A DNA stretch of 40,761 bases. Origin: an uncultured Clostridia bacterium (GTDB taxonomy: Bacteria > Bacillota > Clostridia > TANB77 > CAG-508). The stretch spans positions 1 to 40,761 of the forward strand of contig CALXAU010000003.1 in the NCBI GenBank assembly GCA_944386355.1. Reading direction: 5' to 3'. Positions 10,599-20,387 of this stretch are shown here, in pieces. The first letter of the stretch is position 1; every line of letters begins with the position of its first letter. The notes under the pieces are model-generated. The model saw only the letters and a program-made list of their open reading frames with translations, was not told where the DNA came from and did not search any database. A program made the translations under genes and the position numbers.

Positions 10599-11390
10599 AT
10601 GAAAATTTTTATTTTTAACAAAAAATATATATTATCAATTTTTTCAATAATTATACTATCAATATTCATTTTTCTGCACTTTTATAAACCTTTTTCTATT
10701 GCTACATCTGTAAGTGAAGAAAATTTTATTAATAATTCTATTAAGGAAAAATTTGAGCAATTAGAAAATTCTAAAGAAAAAGTTGCTTATTTAACATTTG
10801 ATGATGGTCCAACTATTAAAGCTACTCCGAAAATTCTAGATATTTTAAAAGATAAAAATGTTAAAGCTACATTTTTTGTTCTAGGCAAAAATGTTAAATC
10901 ACATCCAGAATTAGTTAAAAGAGCATATGAAGAAGGTCATTATATTGCAAATCATGGTTATAATCATAACAATAGTGTTTTGTATAAAAATTCTACAAGT
11001 TTCATTTCTGAGGTAAAAAATACCGACATGGAAATTGGAAAGGCTATAGGTGTAGATAATTATTGCTCTTATATCTTTAGATTTCCAAATGGATATATGT
11101 CGAGTGCCTATAAATCAAAAAAGAAAGAAGCTAGTACACTACTTTCTCAAATGGGATATATTTATGTTGATTGGAACTGTCTAAATAACGATTCTGAAAA
11201 AAAGGTAAATTCATATACCTTATTGAATAATTTGAAAAATTCTTGCAAAAACAAAGGAACTTTAATTATTTTAATGCATGATACAAATGATGTTAACGAT
11301 ACTACTGAAATTTTAGCAGAGTCTATTTCTTACTTACAAAGCGAAGGATATATTTTTGATAACTTCTATTCACTTTTTGAGGAAAAATAA
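10599..11390 (+). CDS. Polysaccharide/peptidoglycan deacetylase (CE4, NodB domain)
   Basis: LTFDDGP, ATFFVLG, GHYIANHGYNH, FRFPNG, ILMHD; N-terminal TM. Confidence 0.92.
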   Translation: MKIFIFNKKYILSIFSIIILSIFIFLHFYKPFSIATSVSEENFINNSIKEKFEQLENSKEKVAYLTFDDGPTIKATPKILDILKDKNVKATFFVLGKNVKSHPELVKRAYEEGHYIANHGYNHNNSVLYKNSTSFISEVKNTDMEIGKAIGVDNYCSYIFRFPNGYMSSAYKSKKKEASTLLSQMGYIYVDWNCLNNDSEKKVNSYTLLNNLKNSCKNKGTLIILMHDTNDVNDTTEILAESISYLQSEGYIFDNFYSLFEEK

Positions 11391-11394
11391 AATT

Positions 11395-12456
11395 CTACTT
11401 TATTTTTCCTCCTCCTAATAAAACACCTTCATCATCATAAAAAACAACTGATTGACCGGGAGTAATTGCTCTTTGAGGTTCTTCAAATTCTAAAAGAATT
11501 TCTTCTTCAAATATTTTTATTAATGCTTTAGCAGGATTTGCTCTATATCTTATTTTTGCATATACAATATCACTTATTTTTTCTTTATTTATCATCCAAT
11601 TTACATTTATGGCAGATAAAGTTTTGCTATATAACTCTTCTTTTGTTCCAACATATACTTCATTTTTTGAGCTATTTAAACCAATTACATATAAAGGTTC
11701 TTTATATGATATACCTAGCCCTTTCCTTTGACCTATAGTATAATTTGATATATTGGAACACTTATCTAATATTTTATTTTCTTTTTTTAAAATAATGTTT
11801 CCATGTTCCTGATTTTTTATTTTATTACTGTTTTTTTCTAAAAACTTTTTATAATTATTATCTGAAATAAAACATATTTCTTGACTATCTTTTTTTTCTG
11901 ATACTGATAAATTATATTTCTTTGCAATTTTTCTTATCTCTTCTTTTGATGAAAAGTCTTGAAGAGGAAATATTATATTTTCAATTTTTTCTTTTGAAAT
12001 CGCATACAAAAAATATGTCTGATCTTTTTTTATTTCTCTACAAGTTGTAATAACATGTTGTCCATATTTTTTTGAATATATTTTTTTTGCATAATGCCCT
12101 GTTGCTATATTTTCACAACCTAGTTCTTTTGCTTTTTCATAAAAATATCCAAATTTTAAATATTTGTTACATTCTACACATGGATTTGGAGTTCTTGCAT
12201 TTTCATATTCTTTAATAAAATTATTTATTACATTGCATTTAAATTCTTTTTTATAATCGAATACATAATGCGGAATTTGTAATTTTTCACATATTTTCTT
12301 TGCATCTTCAATAGATTTATTTTGTTCTGTAATTTTTTCATTACCTTCCCACAATATCATTGTACAACCTATAACTTCATATCCTGCTTCTTTTAATAAT
12401 ATTGCTGAGACAGAGCTATCTACTCCTCCACTCATTCCCAATAAAACTTTTTTCAC
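11395..12456 (-). CDS. mnmA: tRNA 2-thiouridylase MnmA
   Basis: MSGGVDSSV, TPNPCVECN, ATGHYA, KDQTYFL, DSQEICF, YTIGQRKGL, AITPGQS. Confidence 0.96.
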   Translation of the reverse strand: MKKVLLGMSGGVDSSVSAILLKEAGYEVIGCTMILWEGNEKITEQNKSIEDAKKICEKLQIPHYVFDYKKEFKCNVINNFIKEYENARTPNPCVECNKYLKFGYFYEKAKELGCENIATGHYAKKIYSKKYGQHVITTCREIKKDQTYFLYAISKEKIENIIFPLQDFSSKEEIRKIAKKYNLSVSEKKDSQEICFISDNNYKKFLEKNSNKIKNQEHGNIILKKENKILDKCSNISNYTIGQRKGLGISYKEPLYVIGLNSSKNEVYVGTKEELYSKTLSAINVNWMINKEKISDIVYAKIRYRANPAKALIKIFEEEILLEFEEPQRAITPGQSVVFYDDEGVLLGGGKIK

Positions 12457-12475
12457 TATAAACCTCTCTTTTTAA

Positions 12476-13934
12476 TTAATTTCCAATAGGACAATAATCA
12501 TCAGTTACAATTGGCTTGTCTGACTCATAATCTTTAACTTCAGTATCTAGTAAATTCTTATATTCCTCATATTTTCCTTCATTTATATTTGTATTTCCTT
12601 TAATTCCCATCAAAATTAAATTATGTTCTTTAGTATTTTCCTCATCTCCTACTTTAAAAATTTTTACATCGTCAAAAATTTTCTTATAAGTTGTATATTC
12701 ATATTTGATAAAATCTGATTTTTCTCCTTCTAATGATGAAATTATATTGGTTATTACAATTCCATTATCATTCAATATATTTCTACATTTAGTAAGAGCC
12801 TCATATGTAGTTAATTCAAATGGTGCATTAAAACCTTTAAATGCATCAATTAAAATTACGTCATATTTATTTTTTGTTGTATTTAAAAAACTTCTACCGT
12901 CTTGATGATAAATTCCTAATCTTTCATTTTGTATATCTAAATTAAAATGTTTTACTGCAAGCTCAGTCATTTTTTTATCAATTTCCGATACATCTATTTT
13001 TTTATCATCATATTTATTTAAATAATGTGTTGGATATGTATATGCTGCACCACCAATCATTAAAGTATTTTGAAAGTCTTTTAAATAATAATCTGATAAA
13101 TCATAATAATACAAATATTTCGAACCCATTTGTTCTGTATTACTTTCAATATATGATTCTATTGCTGTATCTACTTGTAATACTTTATATGCTAGATCTT
13201 CTCCTTTAATTTCATTTATCCAAATTCTACTATATTCTGAATCTACATCTTCTATTAAATATGGATTTTCAGTTTTAAATATTTGAAATCCTATAAAATT
13301 AAATAGTATTGCAAATAATGTTATTATTAATATTAATGCAAAATATTTTTTATTTTTATTTCTGTATAACAATACAGATAAAATTATTAATAATATTGTT
13401 ATTCCTAAAACTATTTGTCTTGTTCCAAATATTGGAATTAAGAAAAATCCAGCAAAAAATGTTCCAAATATACTACCTATTGTTGACAAAGAAGAAACAC
13501 TTCCGAGATACTTTCCCAATATTTTCGAATTCTTTATCTTTTAACTTTACAGCAAATGGAGATACCATAGCAAGTACAAAGCTTGGTAATCCAAAAATAA
13601 TACTTGCAGATATTATTGATATAAGTATTAAATTATCTGATACCAATGTTAAATTTTTTACTAATACATTTTCTAGTATAGGTATTATGCTTGTGAAAAT
13701 AGCAGATAATAGTATAAATTGTGATAATATATTTATATCATGTTTTTTGTCTGCAATTTTACCACCAATGTAATATCCTATACTCATACTTGTTAACATT
13801 ATTCCAATTATTGTTGTCCATATTAAATTAGAACTTCCTACATATGGTGATAAAACTCTTGCTGCAACAAGTTCTAATACCATTCCTAATGCTCCACATA
13901 TAAATACTGTTATTTCTAATTTATATTTGTTCAT
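12476..13934 (-). CDS. Membrane-domain / spermidine synthase-like fusion protein, split by a +1 frameshift at CGG (13505-13503)
   Basis: N-part LELVAARVLSPYVGSS..WT..IG; C-part STIGSIFGTF, IGGAAY, DGRSFL, YDVILIDAF. Removing one base at TCT-C-GGA joins both ORFs into 485 aa. Confidence 0.85.
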
Positions 13935-13976
13935 TTAAAATCCATTCCTTTCTTGCTTCGCTTAAAGGCACACATA
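13935..13976 (-). repeat. Leader/RBS cassette repeat (family C), filling the aspS to spermidine synthase gap
   Basis: TATGTGTGCCTTTAAGCGAAGCAAGAAAGGAATGGATTTTAA-ATG. Confidence 0.7.
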
Positions 13977-13980
13977 TTTA

Positions 13981-15729
13981 TTAACTTTCCATGTCTAATT
14001 TTATATGTACATCTTTTAATTGTTGCTCAGAAACTTTAGAAGGAGCTCCCATAAGTAAATCTCTTGCCTTTTTATTTTTAGGAAATGCTATTACCTCTCT
14101 TATATTTTGCGAATCTGCAATTAACATTATCATTCTATCTATTCCAGGTGCTGCTCCTGCATGTGGTGGTGTTCCATATTGAAATGCATTATATAAAGCT
14201 CCAAATCTATTTTTAACATCTTCTTCACTATATCCTGCTATTTCAAAAGCTTTTACCATTATTTCTGGATTATGATTTCTTACTGCTCCAGAGGCCATTT
14301 CGTAGCCATTACATACTAAGTCATATTGATATGCTAATATCTCTAGTGGATCTTTATTTAGAAGAGCTTCTAGCCCTCCCTGTGGCATTGAAAATGGATT
14401 ATGACTAAAATCTATTGTTCCTTCATCTGACAATTCATACATTGGAAAATCTACTATGAAGCAAAATTTATATACATCTTTTTCTATTAAATCTAACCTT
14501 TTTCCTAATTCTATTCTGACTAATCCTGCTATTTTTTGTGCTTTTTCGAACTCATCTGCTATAAAGAAAATACTTGAATTCTTATTTAATTCATATTCGT
14601 TTTCTAATTTTTCTTTTATTTCTTGTGTTATAAACTTTGCAATTCCGCCTTGTATATTTCCTTCATTATCTAATTTAGTCCAAGCAAGTCCTTTTGCACC
14701 AACTTCTTCTTGCTTTGCAAATTCTTCCATTTTATCAAAGAATTTTCTACCTTGTTCTGCTCCATTTGGCACAATAATTGCTTTTATAGTTTTTTCTTTA
14801 AATGCATTAAAATCTGAATTTTCGAATAATTTAGTTACATCTTTTATTATTAATGGATTTCTTAAATCTGGCTTATCTATTCCGTATTTTTCCATTGCCT
14901 CTTTATATGGTATTCTTTTAAATGGTCCTTCATCAACTTTCCAATTAGTAAATTTTTTAAATGTTTTTGGTATAACTTGTTCCATTACATTGAATACATC
15001 TTCTTGTGTTGCAAAACTCATTTCATAATCTAATTGATAAAATTCTCCTGGTGCTCTATCTGCTCTTGGATCTTCATCTCTAAAACATGGTGCTATCTGA
15101 TAATATTTATTAAATCCTGCTACCATTAATAATTGTTTAAATTGTTGGGGAGCTTGTGGAAGTGCGTAAAATTCTCCTTTATTTATTCTGCTTGGTACTA
15201 AATAATCTCTTGCTCCTTCTGGAGATGAATTGGCAAGTATTGGTGTTTGTATTTCTGTAAATCCTAATTCATCCATATTTGTTCTTAATTCTTTTAAAAT
15301 TTTAGAACGTAATAATATGTTTTTATGTAATTTTTCATTTCTTAAATCTAAAAATCTATATTCAAGTCTTAAATCTTCTCTTACTTCTTGATTTGTATCT
15401 ATCTCAAATGGAAGTATATTTTTGCATTTTCCTAATATTTCAATTTTATATACTATTACTTCTACTTCTCCTGTTTCTATTTTCTCATTTTTGTTTTCTC
15501 TTTCCACAATTTCACCACAAATGTGTATACAACTTTGTGTAGATATATCTTTTATTTTTTCTTCATTTTCATTATCTTTTATAACAAGCTGTGATATTCC
15601 TGTTTCGTCTTTTAAGTCTATAAATATCATTCCTCCTAAATTTCTTTTCTTTTGTATCCACCCAGCAAGTTCTACTTTTTCTCCTATGTCTTGCTTTCTT
15701 AATTCTCCACACATTTTGGTTCTGTACAT
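13981..15729 (-). CDS. aspS: Aspartate--tRNA ligase
   Basis: MYRTKMCGEL, PEGARDYLVPSR, LPQAPQQFKQLLM, CFRDEDPRADR, PPHAG.A.GIDR. Confidence 0.97.
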   Translation of the reverse strand: MYRTKMCGELRKQDIGEKVELAGWIQKKRNLGGMIFIDLKDETGISQLVIKDNENEEKIKDISTQSCIHICGEIVERENKNEKIETGEVEVIVYKIEILGKCKNILPFEIDTNQEVREDLRLEYRFLDLRNEKLHKNILLRSKILKELRTNMDELGFTEIQTPILANSSPEGARDYLVPSRINKGEFYALPQAPQQFKQLLMVAGFNKYYQIAPCFRDEDPRADRAPGEFYQLDYEMSFATQEDVFNVMEQVIPKTFKKFTNWKVDEGPFKRIPYKEAMEKYGIDKPDLRNPLIIKDVTKLFENSDFNAFKEKTIKAIIVPNGAEQGRKFFDKMEEFAKQEEVGAKGLAWTKLDNEGNIQGGIAKFITQEIKEKLENEYELNKNSSIFFIADEFEKAQKIAGLVRIELGKRLDLIEKDVYKFCFIVDFPMYELSDEGTIDFSHNPFSMPQGGLEALLNKDPLEILAYQYDLVCNGYEMASGAVRNHNPEIMVKAFEIAGYSEEDVKNRFGALYNAFQYGTPPHAGAAPGIDRMIMLIADSQNIREVIAFPKNKKARDLLMGAPSKVSEQQLKDVHIKLDMES

Positions 15730-15796
15730 AAAGAATCCTTCCTTTCTATTAGATGTTAATTTTTTATTTCAATCATTTTTATTGATGTTAATTGTA

Positions 15797-15989
15797 GTTA
15801 CTATTCACAGTATACTTCATATTTTTTACTAGCAAATCATATATTTAGATATTTTGAAGTATATTGTGACAATCTTTTTAAAAAATGTTTGAATGTTAGT
15901 GAATTACATTTTCTTGAATGTGGATTACTTCAAAATATATAAATATATCATTTGCCATATAGAATATTTTCAAAGCTGTGAATAGTAAC
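15797..15989. repeat. 193-bp palindromic MITE-like element (family A), full copy
   Basis: Perfect 14-bp terminal IR GTTACTATTCACAG/CTGTGAATAGTAAC plus inner 30-bp arms at 15832-15861 and 15926-15955. Confidence 0.85.
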
Positions 15990-16061
15990 CAAATTTTAAC
16001 ACAAAATATTTGTTTTTTCAACTTATATATTGCAGTTTTTATACTTTGATGATATCATTAG

Positions 16062-16195
16062 GTTACTATTCACAGCATACTTTATATTTTTTGCTAGAAA
16101 ATGATATATTTGGATATTTTGAAGTATATTGTGGCAATCTTTCTAGAAAATGTTTGAACGTTAGTGAATTACATTTTCTAAAATGGAGATTTTAT
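16062..16195. repeat. Family A element, tandem copy truncated on the right
   Basis: Direct repeat of 15797 onward at offset 265, high similarity by eye. Confidence 0.85.
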
Positions 16196-16231
16196 CAAAA
16201 TCTTTGGGCAAAGAAAGGAATGAGATTAATT

Positions 16232-17179
16232 ATGTCAAAAGAAATTTTTGATTTTTATGATAAAACTAATTTAAAATCATATAATTTAGATGAAAGAATG
16301 CGTTATCAGTTAAATATGCTCGATAGTCTAGATGTTTTTACAAGAAAGCATTGTGAAAATGTAGCAAATTTAACTTGCCGTTTATGTGAATATTTACATT
16401 GTACTAAAGGTTTTACAGAGTATTGTACTATTTGTGCATATCTTCATGATATCGGTAAAATGTTTATTCCTCCAGCTATTCTGCAAAAACCTTCTAAACT
16501 TACAGAAGAAGAATATGAAATAATGAAAACTCATACTACCATTGGATATGAGATGTGTATGAAAGATTTAAAATTAAGACCTTACGCTGCTGGTGCTTTA
16601 TATCATCATGAAGCCTTAAATGGTTCAGGATATCCAAATGGATTAACAAAAAAGGATATTCCATATGAAGGACAAATTATTCGTGTTGCTGATGAATATG
16701 ATGCCATTGTTAGCAAAAGACAATATAAAACACATATTGGAATTTCTGATACTTTACAAATTTTAATTGAAAATACTAAACCCACAGGCGAAACTAACCC
16801 TTCTATCGCTTTAAATGAAATCTCTGAGAATGCAAAATTAGGTAAAGATAATCCTATTATTGTAAAATGTCTTTTTAAAGTTGTTATTGATGATATTGGT
16901 TATGAAATCACATGTACTCAAAGTTATTTAGAAGATTTAAAAGATAATATTAAACGTTTAGAACAAGCTAAAAAGTATAAAGAAAAAATGGATAAGGCTT
17001 CAAAAGAAAAAGATAAAAATTATTATTTAGAGGGTATAAAGATTTTCTTAAAACAAGATGAAACTGTAGAAAATTTTGAAGCTGTTTATGAAGAATATCA
17101 AGAAGCTTATAAGAAAAGAAAAACTATTATTGATAATTTATACGATGAAATAAAGAAAATTAAGCATTTAAAATTGTAA
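16232..17179 (+). CDS. HD-GYP domain phosphodiesterase
   Basis: HCENVA, YLHDIGK, HTTIG, HHEALNGSGYP, VADEYDA; start moved to ATG16232 after AGAAAGGA RBS because the upstream ORF extension is repeat DNA. Confidence 0.9.
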   Translation: MSKEIFDFYDKTNLKSYNLDERMRYQLNMLDSLDVFTRKHCENVANLTCRLCEYLHCTKGFTEYCTICAYLHDIGKMFIPPAILQKPSKLTEEEYEIMKTHTTIGYEMCMKDLKLRPYAAGALYHHEALNGSGYPNGLTKKDIPYEGQIIRVADEYDAIVSKRQYKTHIGISDTLQILIENTKPTGETNPSIALNEISENAKLGKDNPIIVKCLFKVVIDDIGYEITCTQSYLEDLKDNIKRLEQAKKYKEKMDKASKEKDKNYYLEGIKIFLKQDETVENFEAVYEEYQEAYKKRKTIIDNLYDEIKKIKHLKL

Positions 17180-17201
17180 TTATTTTCTATGTATATTTAA
17201 A

Positions 17202-17245
17202 CGACATGAATTTGAATATTAATTTAAATTCATGTCGCTTTTTTT
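17202..17245 (+). terminator. Intrinsic terminator, with stem related to the family B repeat
   Basis: CGACATGAATTT...AAATTCATGTCG stem followed by a T7 run, after the HD-GYP stop. Confidence 0.8.
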
Positions 17246-17253
17246 ATTTTATG

Positions 17254-17319
17254 GTTACAATTCACAATAACAAAAATGATTAGATAGCAAATGATATGTG
17301 TATAGCTATGCATTGTAAC
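17254..17319. repeat. Family A element, internally deleted copy
   Basis: GTTACAATTCACA...TAGCAAATGATATGTGTATA...TTGTAAC. Confidence 0.65.
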
Positions 17320-17322
17320 ATT

Positions 17323-17673
17323 TTACCCCTCTAGTCCAAAACTAACTCCTAATGCATTATTTATTTTGTCTATTACCTTTTCATCATCTATATGCCCTAT
17401 TTTTTCTTTTAGTCTACTTTTATCTATTGTTCTAATCTGTTCTGTTAAAACAACAGAATTATTCTTTAGTCCACAAGATTGTGAATCTATTTCTATGTGT
17501 GTAGGCAATTTTGTTTTATTTGTTTGAGATGTAATAGCAGCTGCAATTACTGTTGGACTATATTTATTTCCTAAATCATTTTGTATAATTAATACTGGTC
17601 TTACTCCTCCTTGTTCTGAACCAACTACAGGACTTAAGTCTGCATAAAACATATCGCCTCTTTTTATTTGCAT
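17323..17673 (-). CDS. mazF: MazF/NdoA (PemK family) endoribonuclease toxin
   Basis: [44 protein letters not shown]; start at ATG17673 after an AGGAGTG RBS. Confidence 0.95.
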   Translation of the reverse strand: MQIKRGDMFYADLSPVVGSEQGGVRPVLIIQNDLGNKYSPTVIAAAITSQTNKTKLPTHIEIDSQSCGLKNNSVVLTEQIRTIDKSRLKEKIGHIDDEKVIDKINNALGVSFGLEG

Positions 17674-17891
17674 TTTCTTCACTCCTAATATTAGTATATT
17701 TTCAAGATTATTTATTTTCATTTTATCTAATTTTTAGAAAATAATTTTTTAATCTATATTATTTGCAAAAATATTTTAGTCTCTATCTTGTAACATTGCT
17801 TTTTCTAAAAACTAATTAAGTAAAATTTTTAATTTTTTTACTTTAATGAAAATTTATATTTTAAATATTAGTACAAGTAAAGAAATAGTTT

Positions 17892-18563
17892 CTATCCCAT
17901 TAATATATTATTATATAAATTAATAGCTAAGATATTTTGTTCTTTTATACTATTTATCTTTACCTCATTATATAATATGTAAACTGTGTTTTTTTGGTTA
18001 TTGCAACTTATTTTCATATTAACAGGTTTTTTTGTTTTTTTATCTACTGTAAGGATTTTATGTTGTACATTATTATTTTTATCTATTGTTTCTATTTCCA
18101 TTATTATTTGTCCGTTTTCTTCTCTATAATTTGATTTATTTCCTGTTTTATATTCTTCTATAAAAGAACTTAAGTCTAAACTATTTTCAGAAATGTCTTC
18201 ATAATTTTCTATTATTGTTGCCAATTTAAGATTTGTATTTTCTATTTTTAGATTATTTTTATTTTTTATAATTTTTATTCCTTTTATATTTGAAGGTTCT
18301 ATTACTTCTTGTGTACTTATATCTGGATTTATGTATTGCTGTTTTAATTTATATTTATTAGTATTTTTATTACTTTCTATTTCTACATCAACGACTGCTT
18401 CATACGAACTAATATTTAAAATATAATTTATAATTTCTTGATTATTAGTATTATTTCCTATTTTTGAAATTTTAGCCGTTTTATTATAAAAAAATAGAAA
18501 AAAAATAGAAACTAAAAAAATTAGTGTCGTCAGTATTATGAAAAATACTTTCTTCTTATTCAC
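17892..18563 (-). CDS. Membrane-anchored LolA-like / GerS-like protein
   Basis: N-terminal TM, SYEA.V...SNKN.NKY...QQY, EVIEP pattern; GTG start with AGGAGG RBS; position upstream of mazF as in other clostridia. Confidence 0.55.
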   Translation of the reverse strand: MNKKKVFFIILTTLIFLVSIFFLFFYNKTAKISKIGNNTNNQEIINYILNISSYEAVVDVEIESNKNTNKYKLKQQYINPDISTQEVIEPSNIKGIKIIKNKNNLKIENTNLKLATIIENYEDISENSLDLSSFIEEYKTGNKSNYREENGQIIMEIETIDKNNNVQHKILTVDKKTKKPVNMKISCNNQKNTVYILYNEVKINSIKEQNILAINLYNNILMG

Positions 18564-18605
18564 AATTAGCCTCCTATGATAAAATTTTATTTATCTAATT
18601 TTATT

Positions 18606-19574
18606 CTAAAGACTTTGAAAATATGTGTATAAAGTTTCTTCTAATTCTTTTCTAGTATCTATTTTATTAATTTTATTTCTAAATTCACTTGAATTTTTTA
18701 AATTTTTTGTATACCAACTGATATGTTTTCTTAGTTCTTGTATTCCTATTCTTTCTCCCTTTTCTTTTATTTCTAGTTCTATATGTTTTTGTATTGTATT
18801 AAACCTTTCTTCTTTTGTAGGTGGTGGTAATTTTTTTCCTGTTTTTAAAAAGTAATTTATTTGTTTGAAAATCCATGGATTTCCAAAACTTGCTCTTCCT
18901 ATCATAACAGCATCAACTTTTGTTTCTTCTAACATTTTTAAACAACTTTCTTCGTCTATAACATCTCCATTTCCTATTACAGGTATTTTAACTTCTTCTT
19001 TTACTTTCTTTATTATTTCCCAATCAGCTTTTCCTGTATAAAGTTCTGATCTTGTCCTACCATGTAATGTAATTGCTGAAATGCCTTCTTCTTCTGCAAT
19101 TTTAGCAATTTGAAGTGCAACTATATGTTCTTTATCCCAACCTTTTCGAATTTTTAAAGTTACTGGAACTTTAGCATTTTTTACAACAACTCTTATTATT
19201 TTTCTTGCTTTTTCTAAATCTAATAATAGTTTACTTCCATCTCCATTTTTTACTACTTTTGGAGCTGGACATCCCATGTTTATATCTATTATATCTGCAT
19301 AATTGCTTATTTTTTTTGTAGCATATGCCATTGGTTCTTCTTCACTACCAAAGATTTGTATACTTATCGGCCTTTCTATTTCTTCACTATGCATTAATTT
19401 TTCTGTTTTTTTATCTTGATAAAATACAGCTTTACTACTTATCATTTCTGAGCATACTAGTCCTGCTCCATATGTTTTACATATTATTCTAAATGGCAGG
19501 TCTGTGATACCTGCCATTGGTGCTAATATTAAATTATTTTTTAATTCTACATTTCCTATTTTTAGTGTTGCCAA
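18606..19574 (-). CDS. dusB: tRNA-dihydrouridine synthase DusB
   Basis: LAPMAGITD, DINMGCP, LHGRT, GNGDV, MIGRA..GNPW. Confidence 0.95.
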   Translation of the reverse strand: MATLKIGNVELKNNLILAPMAGITDLPFRIICKTYGAGLVCSEMISSKAVFYQDKKTEKLMHSEEIERPISIQIFGSEEEPMAYATKKISNYADIIDINMGCPAPKVVKNGDGSKLLLDLEKARKIIRVVVKNAKVPVTLKIRKGWDKEHIVALQIAKIAEEEGISAITLHGRTRSELYTGKADWEIIKKVKEEVKIPVIGNGDVIDEESCLKMLEETKVDAVMIGRASFGNPWIFKQINYFLKTGKKLPPPTKEERFNTIQKHIELEIKEKGERIGIQELRKHISWYTKNLKNSSEFRNKINKIDTRKELEETLYTYFQSL

Positions 19575-19596
19575 ATGTTTATCACCTCTTTATGTT

Positions 19597-20376
19597 TTAA
19601 ATTGTTGGTTCTTGTCCACTTCTAGCTTTATTTATTTCTGATACTATTGCTCCTAATTCTTTTACATATTTTATAACCTCAAGTCTTCTTAATTCTCCAG
19701 TATCTTTAAAACCTTCCTGTCCGCACTCTATATATAGATTTTTTACACCATATAATAAAATATCTATATCGTTTATTATATCTTCATCTAAATTCAATAT
19801 TGTTTTTACTGGTCCTGCTTCGTCTGACTTTTCATCCTCTTTTCTTGTTTCTTCATCAAGATTATAAAGATCTTTTTCTATTTTTTTCTTCAACTCTCCT
19901 GATAGTATATTATCATTTTTATTTGGTGCACTAGTTTTATAGAATTGTTTAAAATTTTCCAATTTAGTTATAAGTGGAAATAGTAATTTTTCTTGTTTTT
20001 CATATTCTTTCTTTTTTTTAGCTAATTTCATTTCTAGTTTATTTAAATCTCCATTTGTCCTATCTAAGACGTCTTTTTTTCTTTGCATGTCTGAGTAGCA
20101 TTCTTCAAAATAACCAAAATTATTGTTCTTAATTTGCTTTTCTAATCCTGAAATTTGATCTAAAAAGTTCATTTTTTCGTTTAGTACTTCACCTATTTTT
20201 TCTTGACTAATATTTTCTAAAATTGTAACTTCATTGCTTAGTTCCCTTAGAGCCTTTAATAATAATTTAGACTCTCTTAAAATTTTATTACAACTCATAA
20301 TCTCATTTTTTCTTTTCTCTTTTGCTTTTTCTTCATTAGTTACATTTTTCGCTCCTCCTATAAAATGACTTTTCAT
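19597..20376 (-). CDS. Hypothetical coiled-coil protein
   Basis: 259-aa ORF with AGGAGG RBS, K/E/L-rich, no recognisable motif. Confidence 0.7.
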   Translation of the reverse strand: MKSHFIGGAKNVTNEEKAKEKRKNEIMSCNKILRESKLLLKALRELSNEVTILENISQEKIGEVLNEKMNFLDQISGLEKQIKNNNFGYFEECYSDMQRKKDVLDRTNGDLNKLEMKLAKKKKEYEKQEKLLFPLITKLENFKQFYKTSAPNKNDNILSGELKKKIEKDLYNLDEETRKEDEKSDEAGPVKTILNLDEDIINDIDILLYGVKNLYIECGQEGFKDTGELRRLEVIKYVKELGAIVSEINKARSGQEPTI

Positions 20377-20387
20377 ATAAAATCCTC

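Noticed and set aside
15797-16195. Tandem repeats considered as a CRISPR array or an aspS T-box/riboswitch
   Set aside because: Units are long palindromes without a repeat-spacer period, no cas genes are present, I could not identify T-box motifs, and copies occur beside unrelated genes
16010-16231. N-terminal 74-aa extension of the HD-GYP ORF
   Set aside because: It runs through a family A repeat copy; a good RBS precedes ATG16232
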